From the human T2T-CHM13v2.0 reference genome, Homo sapiens, in assembly GCF_009914755.1 (NCBI RefSeq), contig NC_060932.1: 64,000 nucleotides of DNA; one strand, 5' to 3'. Positions within the stretch are counted from its first letter, which is position 1, and each line of letters opens with the position of its first letter. Below are positions 15,560 to 30,391 of this stretch, piece after piece. The position numbers were made by a program, and so were the translations under genes. A model generated the notes under the pieces. The model ran no database searches. It was not told the origin of the DNA and saw only the letters and a program-made list of their open reading frames with translations.

Positions 15560-16830
15560 TTTAAATTCAATACTGAAAACAAGGGAATTAAGTACTTACT
15601 GAAAGGCCCCAACTCCAAAAAAGCAGCAGCTATTCATGCTCTTCAGATAGAAGGTTGTAGGATCTTTTCTGATGAAACTACCCTGGAGAAAAACAATCAA
15701 TAAAATCAATAAAAAACCCACTGGCTACCTAACTGCCCTATAAGCCCACAGTGCTTCCAATTCGTTTTTAAGTGCCCAATTTTAGACATGAATGGATAGT
15801 CAAGGGTGACGAGATATTTGAGGAAAGTATCACAAATACCAAAACAAATAAATAGAAAAACCAGGCACTCAAAAGAAACAGATGATGTAGGGAACCAAAG
15901 AAAACTTCAAAAATTATAGAATTAATGATCTCCAATAGAGAAAAAAAAAATGCTGCATCAAGGAAACAAGAATATTATGGCATCCAAAAAGAAACTATTG
16001 TAGAAAAAGAAGAAATACTTGAAACTTGAAAGTGTGATAGCTGAAATTAGTAATTCAATAGAACTGGTTGAATGCTAAATCAAGAATTCTCTCAGAAGTA
16101 GAACAATAAACAGAAGGTGGATGATAAAAAAAAGAAAATAATTAAATTAGAAGCTCCTGTCCAGGAGATGCAACACCCAATAAATAGGATCTCACACAAA
16201 AGATAAAATGGTGGTGATAAGAAACAGGGAATTTTCAAAGCAATAATATAAAAAAATTTTTTGATGCTGAAGGGCATAACCCTTCTACTGAACATCCAGA
16301 CTAATAAGTGAGAAAAACAACGGCAAATCATTGTAAAGTCTTAAAGTATCAGAAATGGTAAAAATATATATCCTAAACATCCCTAGGGATTAAAAAAATT
16401 AGTCACAGATCCTAGGGAATCCAATTGATATCAGTATTCTCAAGGGCAATCTTGACAAATAGAATATGATAATGTATTAAAAACTTCCTAATGACATGAA
16501 ATTCAACCTAAAATGCTCTAGTCATTCAGTCCATCAGGCAAGGGTAGAAAAATGACAATTTCAAATGCATAAAGGATCAAAAAAAATTCCTCCCGTGTAA
16601 ACTTTTGTGAGCAGCTACTGTAGGATATATTCCACCAAAATGAGGGAGTTGTCCAAAAAAGAGAAGAACACGGGATCTAGGAAACAGTGACTCCCAACCC
16701 AGGGAGTAGATAAGTTGATTCCCAAGGTAATGTCAGCGGTGAGTCTGAGAGAGTGAGCTGTGCAGAAGATCTAAAATAGAACCATTTCATATTAGGAAGG
16801 AAGTTTCAAGGGGAGAAATAAGGAATAGAT
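15560..16830 (+). mobile_element. Ancient HAL1/L1M ORF1-region relic (further fragments probably at ~14940-15320 and ~17480-18070)
   Basis: A-rich degenerate L1-ORF1-like sequence; HAL1-type motif 'ccaccaaaatgagggagt...aagagaagaacacgggatctaggaaacag'. Confidence 0.55.
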
Positions 16831-18188
16831 TGTGAAAGACAGATTCCCTGCAAGGTGGTGACAAGAGAAAAAGTTGTCATCCTACAGAATGGGAGCATTT
16901 AGACACCTAAACTCGCTCCGTGAAAATTTGGTATGGCTAAATACTATACTAGTAGACTGTAGGATGGCAGATGACAGCTGAAAGCAACTGCTTCACTGTG
17001 TCATATAGCTGCAACCACAAGGCTTGGACCATTGTACCTTAACATAGCAGGGGAGGGGCTGATGGTTCCCTAATCATGTTTCCTCTATAATTCAACTCAA
17101 CTACAACTCACTGTAATTCAAAGGCCAGTTTCCCTCTCTGGAAGTCTGATATCTGGCCATAACACATCTTGGTGCACTGTTTCAGAAGGCCGTGGCCAAC
17201 AGAGGAACCATAATTCACTTCTGCTTCTGCCTATAAGTTTTCTTCCAAAAAACACCATTCCAAACTTGAGACATATTCTTCCTTGTCATTCATCATTCAT
17301 TGCTTGTTAAACACTACAGCAGCAAAAATCCTATCCCCCAGACACACACACGAGACACACAAACACATACAAAAAGAAAACTACTCAGCTGCAAACACAA
17401 GCCACTTTTTATAGAAAAGAATATATGACTAAAATAAACAGCCAAGATCCCAAAGGGTGTAGCCAATTTTCACAAACAAATTGTGAAAACCTGTATTGTG
17501 AAGCATCTAACAGATTTATTGGAGTATGTAGATTTTGTCGGATATTTTAAAAAAGTTAAGAAACTGAAAAAGGAGCAGTTTTATTAATTCCTTTCCAAAT
17601 ACAATGTGTACTTGTAGTACTCTACTTGGCTTGACATTGAATATTTGCCACGTTGTAATTGATGTATACATTGAATATGTATTAAAGCAAAATTGTTATA
17701 TGATTTTATTGGGAGGATGAGACTGATTGGAAAAAAGTGATTAATGTAAGCAAATCATTGTAAAATCTTAGAGTATCAGAAATCCTCCATTAACACAAAG
17801 GTAAAATCCTCCATTAACCTAAAGATGAAGAAATTTATTAATAACTAAAATTCATGAGCCAAGAAATAGTAGTTCATGAATATTATTTAGAAATATGGTG
17901 GCCGATATCAGGAGAAATAACTCAAAGAGTTGAAAGAGATTGAACTGAGAAGTGAAATGACATGTGAAGGAGGGGGCAGTAAACATTAATCTGTATTAAA
18001 ATCCTTTTGTCACTGACTTTTTAAAGATTTCATGTGTAGTACTTGATAAAAAATTAAAATAATTTAAAATATGGATACATAACATTTTCCAAATGCAAAC
18101 AGACCTCATTCATTCGAAAAGTTGGTTGGTAAATATGTTGCTATAGAAACCTTGAAAACACCCAGACTATTTCATCATTGTAATATGG

Positions 18189-20623
18189 TGTATCAGTTTT
18201 CTATTGGGGCATAACCATCCCAGAATTTAGTGACTTAAAACAAAATCTTAAATGTATTTATTATTTATTTATTTATGTATTTACTTATCATGAACTTGCA
18301 AATTGGGCAGGGCTCAGTGAAATCTATTTGTTTTGGGTCCATTCAGTATTAACTGGGAAGCCCTGGGAGCTGGCGGAAGCACTTTCCTGTATGGATTACA
18401 TGGGTTTCTGCATAGCATTGTGGCTGTGTCTGGAATGAGCATCCCAAGAAGCAGGACACTTTTATAACCTACCCTCAGAAATTGCATAGGGCAAATTTCT
18501 TTATACTTCATTGGTCAAGTCAATCATAAAGTCCTGTCCAAGCTCAAAGGGAGGGGCCATAGGCTCATCTTGGATAATTTGATGATGGAGTGCTGAAGTT
18601 CTAAAACACCACATGAAACAAGGGAGGTTGTGGCTACCTCTGGGAAATACAATATTCCACAGCCCTCTGTTTATCCACAATTTACAGCTTTCTCACACTC
18701 ACCTATTTCTTTAAGAATCCCCCAAAGCCTCATTTTACTAGGGCTTTGGGTTCAGGCAAGAGGTCCAGGATGTCAGGAGTTAAATCAGATCCAGATGTGG
18801 ATGAAGCTCCTCAGGTGCAGCCTTGGGTACAGTTTCTTAAGCATCATTATTCTCAATACAAAGACCTGCAAACTAAAGAGCCACTTTGTTGGCCCTTTCC
18901 ACGCCCCATATATGATGGTGAGGCAGGCATAGGCTAACATCTATAGACACCCCCATTTGAACTGTGAAAACAAAAGGTGGATTGCAGATATGGGTTCATT
19001 GCAGTTCTGACATCCAGCCCCTTATGTGTTATCAGTTCCTTGATTAAAGCCCATTCCTACTCCTTGGGAGTTCATACCTCTTGGCTACACCCTCTGATAT
19101 CTTGGCTGTTTATTTGAGTCATATATCTATAAAAAGTTGCCTGTATTTGCAGCTGAGTAGTTTCTTCTGCCTGTCCTCTGCATGTAAAAATTTCACTGCC
19201 AAAGACCTTTTCTCATTTTATATTGTTCAGTGGTTTTCAGAACAAGCTCATATAATTCTTTTAGAAATGTTGTGGGATGCTTATGTATCAATTTATGAAC
19301 CTATTCCATTAGACTAAAGTCAGAGCCATAAATCCAAAAATATTGTTTAGTTAGCTCTTTCTCTACTCAGTGCTCTTGCCCTTGTGGGCAAACACCCTCA
19401 GATTCTTAGAAGCCCTCCTAGGTTACAGGGATGATTTGTAAAGCACACCCTTCAGGTCCCTAAGGAATCTGCTTTCTCTCTTAAAGGGTCTAGGAGGCAG
19501 GGTCTTAGATTTTTGTGAGGTCTTATCAAAGAATTGTACAGTCCTATCCTGGATTTGATATTGGACCTGAAGGTCCTTTTCAATTTAGAACTTGCTATAC
19601 TCTGGTTTATCTTCAGATCATATAAATCTTTTGCCTTTTAATTTAGAACTTTCTGTCTGGAGAGGCCAAGAATGAGAAACAGTTTTATTATTAAACTCAT
19701 CAAGTCCTGGATCCTTTCTATTTAACAGTGTATTCTTTAGCTCATTTCTCTCTCTTTTGCATTTTATCACAGGCAGTGAGATGAAGCCAGGTGATACTTA
19801 CTATATTTTGTCTGGAAATCATTACATGATTGAGTTCATTTCCTGTTTTCCAAGTTTCCCCAGACTACAGAGCTGCCAAAGTTTGTGTCACTACACACTC
19901 CTTTTTTCTAACTTCTTTTAAGTTAGTCTCCTCATTGTCAGTCTCCTTGAGGCCAGTTAGGCTCCTGCTAACTCTCTACTCAAGGACCCCCTTCACTAAC
20001 AATCTGTTGAAGGCTCTTGAAGCCCCTGCCTTTTACCTGGTCTTGAAGTTAATGCCATATGTTTTAGGTTTTGTTACAGCAACACCCCACTTCCAGGTAC
20101 CAAAATCTTTATTAGTCATCTATTGCTACAATGACAAACCACTGCAAAGTGACTTAAAACAACAATAATTTTTTATTCTCCTCATGAATCTACAGTTTGG
20201 ACAGGGTGCATCTCTGCTCTACATGGTTTCAGCTGGGAGGACTCAACTAGAGAATCCAATTATAAGATGACTCCCTTGCATGACTGGAAAGTTAGGGCTG
20301 GCTGTCAGCTAGCTGGCAGTTAAAACAGGGCAAGGGTCCAAGGACAGAAGTTCGTTTCCATGCAGGCATCTCCACAGGCTGAATGGGCTTACTCACAGCA
20401 TAGTATCTGGCCAGGTTCTAAGAGCAGGAGTGTCAAAAGAGCAAAGTAGAACATTTTCGTAGAAAATCATAAACTGTCATTTAAGTTATACTTTGTTAGT
20501 CAAGGCCTGCACAGGTTGAAAGAAGGGACACAGGCTCTGCCTCTTGGTCGAGGAAGACAAGATTCTAAAAGAACGTATGTGGTGGGTGCCATGGTTGTCA
20601 CTATTTTGGCTAACTAGGTTACA
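18189..20623 (-). mobile_element. Two-LTR MLT1 (G/H-like) MaLR: LTR 18189-18661, internal ~18662-20107, LTR ~20108-20623
   Basis: Two homologous LTR-like blocks sharing 'agtgacttaaaaca', 'cat(c)atgaa', 'ggtcaag/agtcaag', 'ttctaaaa'; PBS-like GATTTTGGTACCTGGAAGTGGGG on the minus strand at ~20085-20107. Confidence 0.75.
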
Positions 20624-20725
20624 TACTAACTTTCAGGAATGAAGATTTGGTAACAGAGATATGAGGAAAGCACATGAAATATATGAGTAATTTTTACTAA
20701 GACATTTTATTTTAGAGCCTCTCTA

Positions 20726-21046
<321 letters not shown>

Positions 21047-21550
21047 TCATGCTACTATAAAGACACATGCACACGTATGTTTATTGCAGCACTATTCACA
21101 ATACCAAAGACTTGGAACCAACCCAAATGTCCATCAATGATAGACTGGATTAAGAAAATGTGGCACATATATACCATGGAATACTATGCAGCCATAAAAA
21201 AGGATGAGTTCATGTCCTTTGCAGGGACATGGATGAAGCTGGAAACCATCATTCTCAGCAAACTTTCACAAGGACAGAAAACCAAACACCGCATGTCCTC
21301 ACTTATAGGTGGGAATTGAACAATGAGATCACTTGGACATAGGGCGGGGAACATCACACACCAGGGCCTGCTGTGGGGTGGGGGACTGGCGGAGGGATAG
21401 CATTAGGAGAAATACCCAATGTAAATGATGAGTTGATAGGTGCAGCAAACCAACATGGCACATGTATACCTATGTATCAAACCTGCATATTGTGCACATG
21501 TACCCTAGAACTAAAAGTATAATAAAAAAAGTAAAAAAAAAAAAAAAAGA
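21047..21550 (+). mobile_element. 5'-truncated L1PA 3' end (ORF2 C-terminus, 3'UTR, poly(A))
   Basis: ORF 21077-21319 is the L1 ORF2p C-terminus ([45 protein letters not shown]...GGN*); G-rich 3'UTR, 'taccctagaactaaaagtataataaa', A tail. Confidence 0.97.
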
Positions 21551-22143
21551 AGAAGAAGAAGAACAAAGGGAGGATGTAGTATCTAGCTGACTCATATATT
21601 GATTGATACACTCTCAGATATGGCCTTTGATTGGTTTTAAAACATCCTTTAATGAAAGGCTGTTCCATAAAAAGGTAATAAGAACTAAGGTTTTGGCACT
21701 GTGCTCTTAGCAGAGTGCTGATGCAAAGTTAGCATTCAAAAACGCTAGACACTTTTGACATGCACACATACACACATGCACATACACACACTTTTGTTGC
21801 TGTGCCAACCTACCATTTGGTAATTATGCAGTCTATTAAACAATTTATCAAGCTCATCCTACGTACCAATATAATATAGTACAAAAATGAGTGAGATTTC
21901 CATTTTTTATTTCATCAACAGATAGAGAACACAACAGGTAAATAGATAATCGCCATGTATTTTTAAAAAGAACTTTAATTATACTGGCTGTTTAATCAAA
22001 ATCACAAATTGGAATATATAGTCTAAAATAAGACTTTTTCCTAATTTTTAAATTTGTACAAAAACTTACAAAACAGCTAAATGTATGCAGCTGAATTTAT
22101 TGAGTAGAACAAAATTACATGAAATTATCACTCTCCCAGTAAA

Positions 22144-22333
22144 TATGGTTGCCATATTTCGCAAATAAAAATACAGAACACTCAGTTAAATTTGAATTTC
22201 AGATAAAATATGAATAATTTTTGGTATAAGTATCTCCCATGACATTTTTGGGACATACTTTTACTAAATTTATTCATGGCTTATCTGAAATTTAAATTCA
22301 GCAGAATGTCCTGCATTTTATTTGGCAACCCTA
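22144..22333. mobile_element. MER53 palindromic hAT MITE with perfect 8-bp TSD
   Basis: TIRs TATGGTTGCCA / TGGCAACCCTA; TSD CCAGTAAA at 22136-22143 and 22334-22341; internally palindromic. Confidence 0.9.
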
Positions 22334-24409
22334 CCAGTAAATTCAAGTTGTGTGGTCATGATTAAACCGAAATAGTAACAATGTACTGTGGGAGCTACAA
22401 AGGAAAAGAACCAAAGGTAGAGAGTTTTGCTCATTTGGTCCACTATAAAATGGGCTGCATGTAGAATAGTTAGGTTAACGTAGTCAAAGGAGAGTTGTCT
22501 AAATCAGAAAAATCATTCTTAAGGCTGAATTAGTTATAAAGCAACAAATATGCACAAAATCCTTCTTTACAGCTTTTTCTAATCCATGATTATCTTCCAA
22601 AGTCTGTACTTTCTTCTGTAGCTTCAAAAAGACCACTTGGATTATCAGACTCAATTTCTCCACATGAGAAATAAATGATCATTGTTATATTATTTCTTTT
22701 CCTAACTCATGAAGTGGGGTCAATACATTAAGTGACAAAGCTTTAAAAAAAAATTGGCAGTTTAAAAATGTGACTGAATGGACTTGAAATCAAACATAGT
22801 CAGATTCTCTTTCTTGTAATCAGAAATACTCCAGACTCAGGAAACTGTCTTATGTCTCTGCATAAATCGAAGCAGTGAAAAATTTCAGCAAATAGTAATT
22901 TTCCAGATTTGCAACATGACAGAAACATCAGGTGGCTGGCTAAACAATGCAAGGCACAGAAACTAAATAAAAACCTTCCTTAATGCCTGCTCTTCACAGA
23001 AATATGAGGGGCGGCTGCCTTATCACAATTTCTTTAAGCCTTCCCAGCTGGGAAAACTGGAAGTTTTACCATGGTCACTGACAATCTGATGACCACCGGA
23101 GATGCAGTAAACCATCCCCATACATGGAAAAAGAAAGCAGAATCTTCCTTTGGAGGTACTAATGGCAGTCATTAAACTTCAGGATTTTTTTAGTTCCTTT
23201 TGAATTAACAGTAACCTTTAATTTCTAAAACAAGCAATTCAAGAATGTGGTGGTCCTAAGTGACTGCATCTATGGAGAAGCCTTTACGAGGAGTAAAATA
23301 AAAATAAAAAACAAATAGTTACGGTCTTGTTCAGACTTTCATCCCTTGATCATGTGAAGCTCAACAGCCACTGCGCCCCAGTGCAAAAGCAGGTCTCTCC
23401 AATTGCCAGGACCCATTTAACTGAAAAGGAGTGGTGGGCTGCAAATAGTTCGATAGTTATTACAAAATAAGTACACATAAATTAGAGAGAGAAAGAGATA
23501 GAGAGACAAAGATGATAAATTATTGTCTTCTTTATCCTCAGATTTCTCCTCGATTTTAGATAACAAATGGGGAGAAAAACAGAAAGAGCCAAGAAAGATT
23601 AGGGTTTTTTTTTTTTGCTTTAGAAGTGCTGGAGTACCACTGGCTCTGAAAACACTAGATTGAAAAGGTTGAAAGGTGGGAGGAAAGGACCGAGAAACAG
23701 AGTGTGTAGAGATTTGGGGCAGTTTGCAAGGATAAAATGAGAAACTAGGGATAATTGGCAGGATACTTAGAATGAGCTTTCCATGGACATAGGGGAAGAG
23801 AATCTGTAAGATGTTTTGCTTGGTGTCATGAAACATACTTCTCATTTGCCATTTTTTAAGATAGGTTTATACTATTTACCAAAATAAATGAATAGGTAAA
23901 ATTTCAAGGATGGCAGGGAAAAAGTAGCACAGATAGTAAAGTCAAATAAGGAGTGTCACAATATTAAAGTTATGGGAAATCAAGTCTCCTAAAAAATCTC
24001 TTGTAAATGTAAGATATATTGGGTCAGTCACAGTAAAATCTAGGTAGAAAAGAGTTCGTAAGGAATATACATACATTTAAATGTACTGATTTACCCATAT
24101 TCCTTTGAACAAGCTAAAGTACTTGTTCATTTTCTCTCCTTCTTTTGGAGTAATTTTCTTAAGACACAAGTATTATCAGCCAACTTTCCAATTAAATATC
24201 TTCTGGATGCTCCCCATGGTTTATAAAATAAAGTCCAATTTTTTAGCATAGTATTCCAAGTCTCTCATAACCTGGTCCCAATTTCTCTTTTCAGGCTTTT
24301 TACCTATCGCATCCACTTGAGCTCATATTGGTAGACTTCTTTTCTGAATCTTTATCTGTGCTCATCATATTCTTCCTTCCTGCAATATCCTTCCCCAAAG
24401 GAATATGTT

Positions 24410-24595
24410 TAAATCTGTGCTGCACTACTTCCCAGCTAGGAGACATTACTTAATGTCTCAAGACATATTTTTGTAGGATAGAGCTAATAATAATCTCTAT
24501 ACCATAGATATTCCACAAATATTAAATATAATACTTACAAAGAAATTTACACAGTGTCTAGCATGTACCAGTCATTTAATAGCTGCTAGCAATAT
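24410..24595 (-). mobile_element. MIR relic within L2-like sequence (~24190-25000)
   Basis: 'ttaaatctgtgctgcactact...acacagtgtctagcatgta' antisense MIR pattern; flanks resemble an L2 3' end. Confidence 0.45.
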
Positions 24596-25189
24596 TATTT
24601 TCTCTTCTCTATTAAGATCACATGTGTATTTCATTCAGATTCATGAAATCTTCCTCTAATTGAAAGTATGCTTTTGATCCTCCATGCCACCATAGCACTT
24701 GGCATATTGCTTTTTATGCACTTTCCAGATTCAAGCTTGATTTGTTATGAGTTGGAGCATGTTTGTTTTTCCCAAGAAAATTGTATACTTGTTTGCTGTT
24801 GAGGCTGCATCATGTTCATCATAATGCCTTCACAACAGAACACTGTTCAATAAATACGTATATTGAGATTGGCACTGTGCTAGCCACTAGAGAAAAAGAG
24901 TCAATTATACCTCATCCTTGCCCTCAAGAAGCTTCTCATCTAATGAATAAATTCAGCCTTGTAGATCATCCTTAGTAAATGTTTGCTGAATTAAATTGAA
25001 TGCTCTTTTGCAGTGCTTAATTTTTAAACAAGTGCTATAATACCAAAGCAGGAGTCTGCCTTTGTTTTCCCAAGAAGCAGAACCTGCAATGGAGATTTGT
25101 ATGCAAATAATGTAAAATGGAAGTGTTCTCAGGAGAACCTGCAAGATAATGAAAAAATCTGGATAGACATGAGATTAAAGATAGGCAGA

Positions 25190-25478
25190 GGCCGGGCGCA
25201 GTGGCTCATGCCTGTAATCCCAGCACTTTGGGAGGCCAAGGCAGGTGGATCACGAGGTCAAGAGATTGAGACCATCAACATGGTGAAACCCCGTCTCTAC
25301 TAAAAATAGAAAAATTAGCCAGGCACAGTGGCAGACGCTTGTAATCCCAGCTACTTGAGAGGCTGAGGCAGGAGAGTGGCTTGAACCCAGGGGGGCGGAG
25401 GTTGCAATGAGCCGAGATCGCACCACTGCACTCCAGCCTGGGTGACAGAGTGAGACTCCATCTCAAAAAAAAAAAAAA
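25190..25478 (+). mobile_element. AluSc-like element
   Basis: Diagnostic 'gatcacgaggtcaagagat'; 13-bp TSD AAAGATAGGCAGA on both sides. Confidence 0.95.
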
Positions 25479-26044
25479 GATAGGCAGAGATGGTTACAGG
25501 AGAAGTCTAGCCTCATTCTGATCCCAGGGGGGGCTCTGGGGCAGGAATTCTACTACAAAAGTTACTGCACCCCCTGCAACCTCCCTTCTCCCCGCCATCT
25601 GACAAAATTGACTGTGGCAGAGTTGAGAGAGGCATTCTCAACTTTCCTGACATTTTCATGCTAGGCAGCTCCTGTCAACCAAGTGCATTCTTCAGAGAAG
25701 GATGCTGGAAGAAGCTGTGATCAGTTAGCAGCAGAAGCTGAAGCTTAAAGAAGCTAGGAAATAGTGCTTAAGTCCAGAGAAGTGCATCTGGTTGGGGGTA
25801 CTGTTATGCACTGAATTGTGTCCCCTACAAGGTTCATATGTTGGAATTCTAATCTCCAATTCCTCAGAATGTGACTGTATTTGGAGATATGGTCTTCAAA
25901 GCAATAATCAAGGTAAAATAAGGTCATTAAGGTGGGCCTTGATTCATTATGATTGATGTCCTTACATGAAGGGAAATTAAGACATAGAAAAACACCTAGG
26001 AACAACCATGTGAAGATAGAGGGAGAAGGTGGCTACCTACAAGA

Positions 26045-26714
<670 letters not shown>

Positions 26715-27689
26715 CAAGCCAAGGAGAAAAGCCTCAGAAGAAACCAACCCTGTTGACACATTGATTTTGGATTTCTAGCCTGCAGAATGATGAGAAAACA
26801 AATTTCTGTTGCTTCCACCACATAGTCTGTAGCATTTGTTATGGCAATCCTAGCAAACAAATACAGGTACCAACAGCATCTGCTGCAGTCCCCAAAGAAA
26901 AAGCAAATCTAAAAAGTCATCAACAGAAGAAAGAGAAACGGAGGGAAAGATAAGACGCTGTGGGTATGAAGCGCCACATAATTGTTAAGAAAAAGGCTGC
27001 TTTTATCAATGATCTGGCCTGGTCTTTCGGAATAGAGATGTGTTTTGTCTCCCCTGCTCCCCACTATTTTCCCCAGTCGGAAGAGAATGGTTTCTGGGAA
27101 ACAACAAGTGCTTTGAGAGTTCAGGTAGTTGAAAGTCATTTGAGTTCCAGATGGTTTGGAGGCAAAAGGTAACTTATGTGCTAATGGAGGAAAGGGAAAG
27201 CTGTTGAACAAGTGATAATTGGCTCAGGGAAGGAGAAACCCAGAAAAAACTCTGCATATTTTAAATATGTTCCCATCTACTAGGTCTCCTACTAACTGAA
27301 AGGCTGGAATGAAGGCAAAAACTTTCAGAAGACTGAAAAACTGTCCTAGTCGGAGGCCTCAACTACCAAGGATTTAGGTATTTTCCCTCCTCATCTTCCA
27401 ATTTTAGTATTAAGGAAGGTAAAATGCAGTTCTCACCAGCAAGTGGCTTTTGGAGTTTTTTTCAGTTTGCTTGTTTTTATGTTTTTAATATCCATAGGGT
27501 TTTGGGTTTATTGAGTAGAACTCCTATTGTAATTCACCAAAGCCATTCCAGATTCTCAGCATTCAGAGCAGCCAAGAATCTTGTGGTTTTCTCCCGTTGT
27601 CCCACCATGCACTTCTGGAGTCCAACACGATAAAAGGCACAAAAGCATAAAGGAAAAAGCTTTGCACAGTTTCAAAAAAAAAATTAATT

Positions 27690-28420
27690 ACATAAGGACA
27701 GGATGAGAGATACATGGCTTAAATGTGCTTCCTAGGGGAAAAAAAAAAAGGCCTGGGGCTTTAGACCACAAGTTCAGCAGAACCCATGAGTATAATGCTA
27801 CTGTTGTAAAAGCTAATGCAAACTTAGGCTGCAATGACAGAAATAACATTTCTAATGCAAGAGAAGTTATGATTTCAGGGTTTCTGCCCTCCTCAGGCCA
27901 CATCTGGCTTATTGTAGTCTCAGGATGAGGAGAATATCCAAATGAGAAAGGCCAGGATAGTGAGACATCTGGAGACTAAGTCAAAGGACTGCTGGCTCAA
28001 AGAACTAGAGATTTTTTTGCTGGGCTAGGGAAAGGGGTCTGGATTAGAGATATTAGGAAGAGGCAGGGGAGATTTCTTCAAATAATTAAAGGAACTGTAT
28101 TGGGAAAAATTGAGGTTTGTTTGATTTTAGCTAATATATTATGAAACCTTGTAATTTAGAATTAAAAAAAATGGGGAAACGTTATACAGAGGATGACCGA
28201 GGCTTATTTTCAGAAAGAGCTGGTTTAACAATGACAAATGCCTAACAATTGTCAGGGCTAACTTAGCACAGAGCTGCCTGTTCCCAGAGGTGTTCAGAGA
28301 GAAGCTGAATGACAGAATGACAGAATCACAGCATGGCAAGGACGTTTCCTAGACATTTTCTCCAATGAGCAACAGATTGGACTCAGAGTCTATAATGGAA
28401 TCTTCCAATAATAACGTCCC
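27690..28420 (+). mobile_element. L3/CR1 LINE 3' relic
   Basis: CR1-type motifs 'aaaagctaatgcaaacttaggctgca', 'caggccacatctgg', 'cttcaaataattaaagg', 'gaggtgttcagagagaagctgaatgac'. Confidence 0.7.
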
Positions 28421-28656
28421 ATGATTTTAAGTGACAGTGAGATAGAGATTTAATAGCTGAGTGTGTTGGGGATGAAGTGGGGGAAGGTGTCATCTCGTGT
28501 CTTGCAATTTGGATTTAATGTAAATCACATATTAAAAACAGTCCAAGAGCAATGCAGAGATAATTACTCTTTGATCTACCAATTATTGTTTAATATTTGT
28601 TGATTTTTATCTTCACAGATTTTTTGAAGCCTTTATATATGTATACTTATTGATTT

Positions 28657-29048
28657 TGTTCAACCAAATTTAACCTAAAGTTGGCTCCTTACATATTTTA
28701 AATTTGCCCTAAAGGTTTCTTTATAAATGGTAAACTGAATTCTCACTGGATTTGTAAACAGATTAACCCGCACTTGTGCCAGTCACCAAGTTTCAGCCAA
28801 TGAAAGGCAGCCAACTCTTCAAACCATGTTCAAATCAGGCAAATGCCAAGCTCTAACCAATTTGACTGTTTCTGTACCTCACTTCCATTTTCTGTATGTC
28901 ACTTTTTCTGTCCATAAATCTTCTACAACATGCCTGTGCTGGAGTTTCTCTGAGCTGACTCTTGCTTGGGAGGCTGCCCCATTCAAGAATCGTTCTTTGC
29001 TCAATTAAACTTTGTTAAATTTAATTTGTCTAAGTTTTTCTTTTAACA
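28657..29048 (+). mobile_element. MER57-like ERV1 solo LTR
   Basis: 'cctaaagttggctccttacatatttt...gtttctgtacctcacttcc...gttctttgctcaattaaact...ttcttttaACA'. Confidence 0.85.
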
Positions 29049-30391
29049 ACTTGTAACAAACATGATATTATCATAATATTTGAATTTTAGAATTAATCTT
29101 TATGCCCCCAATTTTATTACTCAATATATTTTTTTTTCTGTTAGATGAATGTTTAAATTGCATCCAAAATCACAATATAGCCATGGCATTGTTTGTATAA
29201 ACAACCAACTTCCTCACCATGGCTGACTTAATCAGTACAGTCAGAACAACCAGTTTGGACAACCAATCTAACTGAATTTCTTAAATAATCAAATCAGCAA
29301 ATATTTATCTATCTCTTACTATGTGTAAGAAACTGTAGAAAGACAAAGCTACTGACAATATGGTTGGAGAAATACTACAACATAAGAGCAGGCAAAAAAT
29401 AAATTCAAACAAAAAAGTATCAATACTACCATAGGGCCAAGTAAATCTGACATAGGGCAGTAGAAAACTAATTAACAAATTGAATAGTATTAATATATGT
29501 AGGAATTTGGATTGGATATAACCACTTCTATGATAGGTGGATAGTGAGATGAAATTTTTGAAAAGGAAGTAGGGTTTGTGATGGGCTTTGAAAAATAGAT
29601 GACAATTCACTGGGCAGGAGGAATGGCATTCTAGGCACAATGATGTGGAAAAAAAAAGAATGTTGATGGAAAACTTTAAGGCATACTTTAGGAAATTTAA
29701 TAGAATCATTTGGTCAAAGACAAAGGTCTGTGGGAGGCACTATAAAGTGTTAGCTAAGAATGCAAAATTTGTGGCAAAAGAAAAAAAAAGAACACAGATT
29801 TTAGTTAAGCCCTCGGTATAAATTCTATCTCTATGACTGTTAGCCTTGTGTGAGCTATGCAAATGCACCTGAATTTCAGTTTTCTGGCATGAAAAATGGA
29901 CATAATGTCTACTATCTGGTTGTAGCAAGGATTAAATTAGAAAATGTAGCTAAAGTATTTAGCCCAGTACCTAACAAAATAAAAAGACTCAGAAGTCTTT
30001 TCTGTAAATATTAGTGCTAAGACTAATATTATGTAAGAAAATAGAGTATGCAAGTAAGTCTATAGAGCAATCTGGCTGAAGGGTTTAAAGTTGAAACTGT
30101 TACTAAAGGGCCCCGAGAAAGGGAGAGGCACCAGGAAAGAGGTATTCTTAGGGAGGTGCATTACATAGCTTTGCATGCATTTGATTGGTAGAATAAACTG
30201 GAGAGAAAAATAAATTAAGACAGAAAAAGTGGACAGGAGGATAATGACAAAGTACATATTGGATGTCATAGGCACCTAGATTGCACTGGGTGTGTGGAGT
30301 TAGAAAGCAAAGCAAGAAAACAATCAAAAGGTATACAGAGACTCTCTAGACATGAAAAAAAGAGCAAGGTCTCTAACTCAAAGTTGATCAC

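Noticed and set aside
16830-17480. Segment of different composition interrupting the HAL1 relic
   Set aside because: Possibly another old insertion, but I could not identify termini, a TSD or a family
21077-21319. 80-aa ORF with a real protein signature
   Set aside because: It is the C-terminus of L1 ORF2p in a 5'-truncated copy, with no promoter, endonuclease or RT
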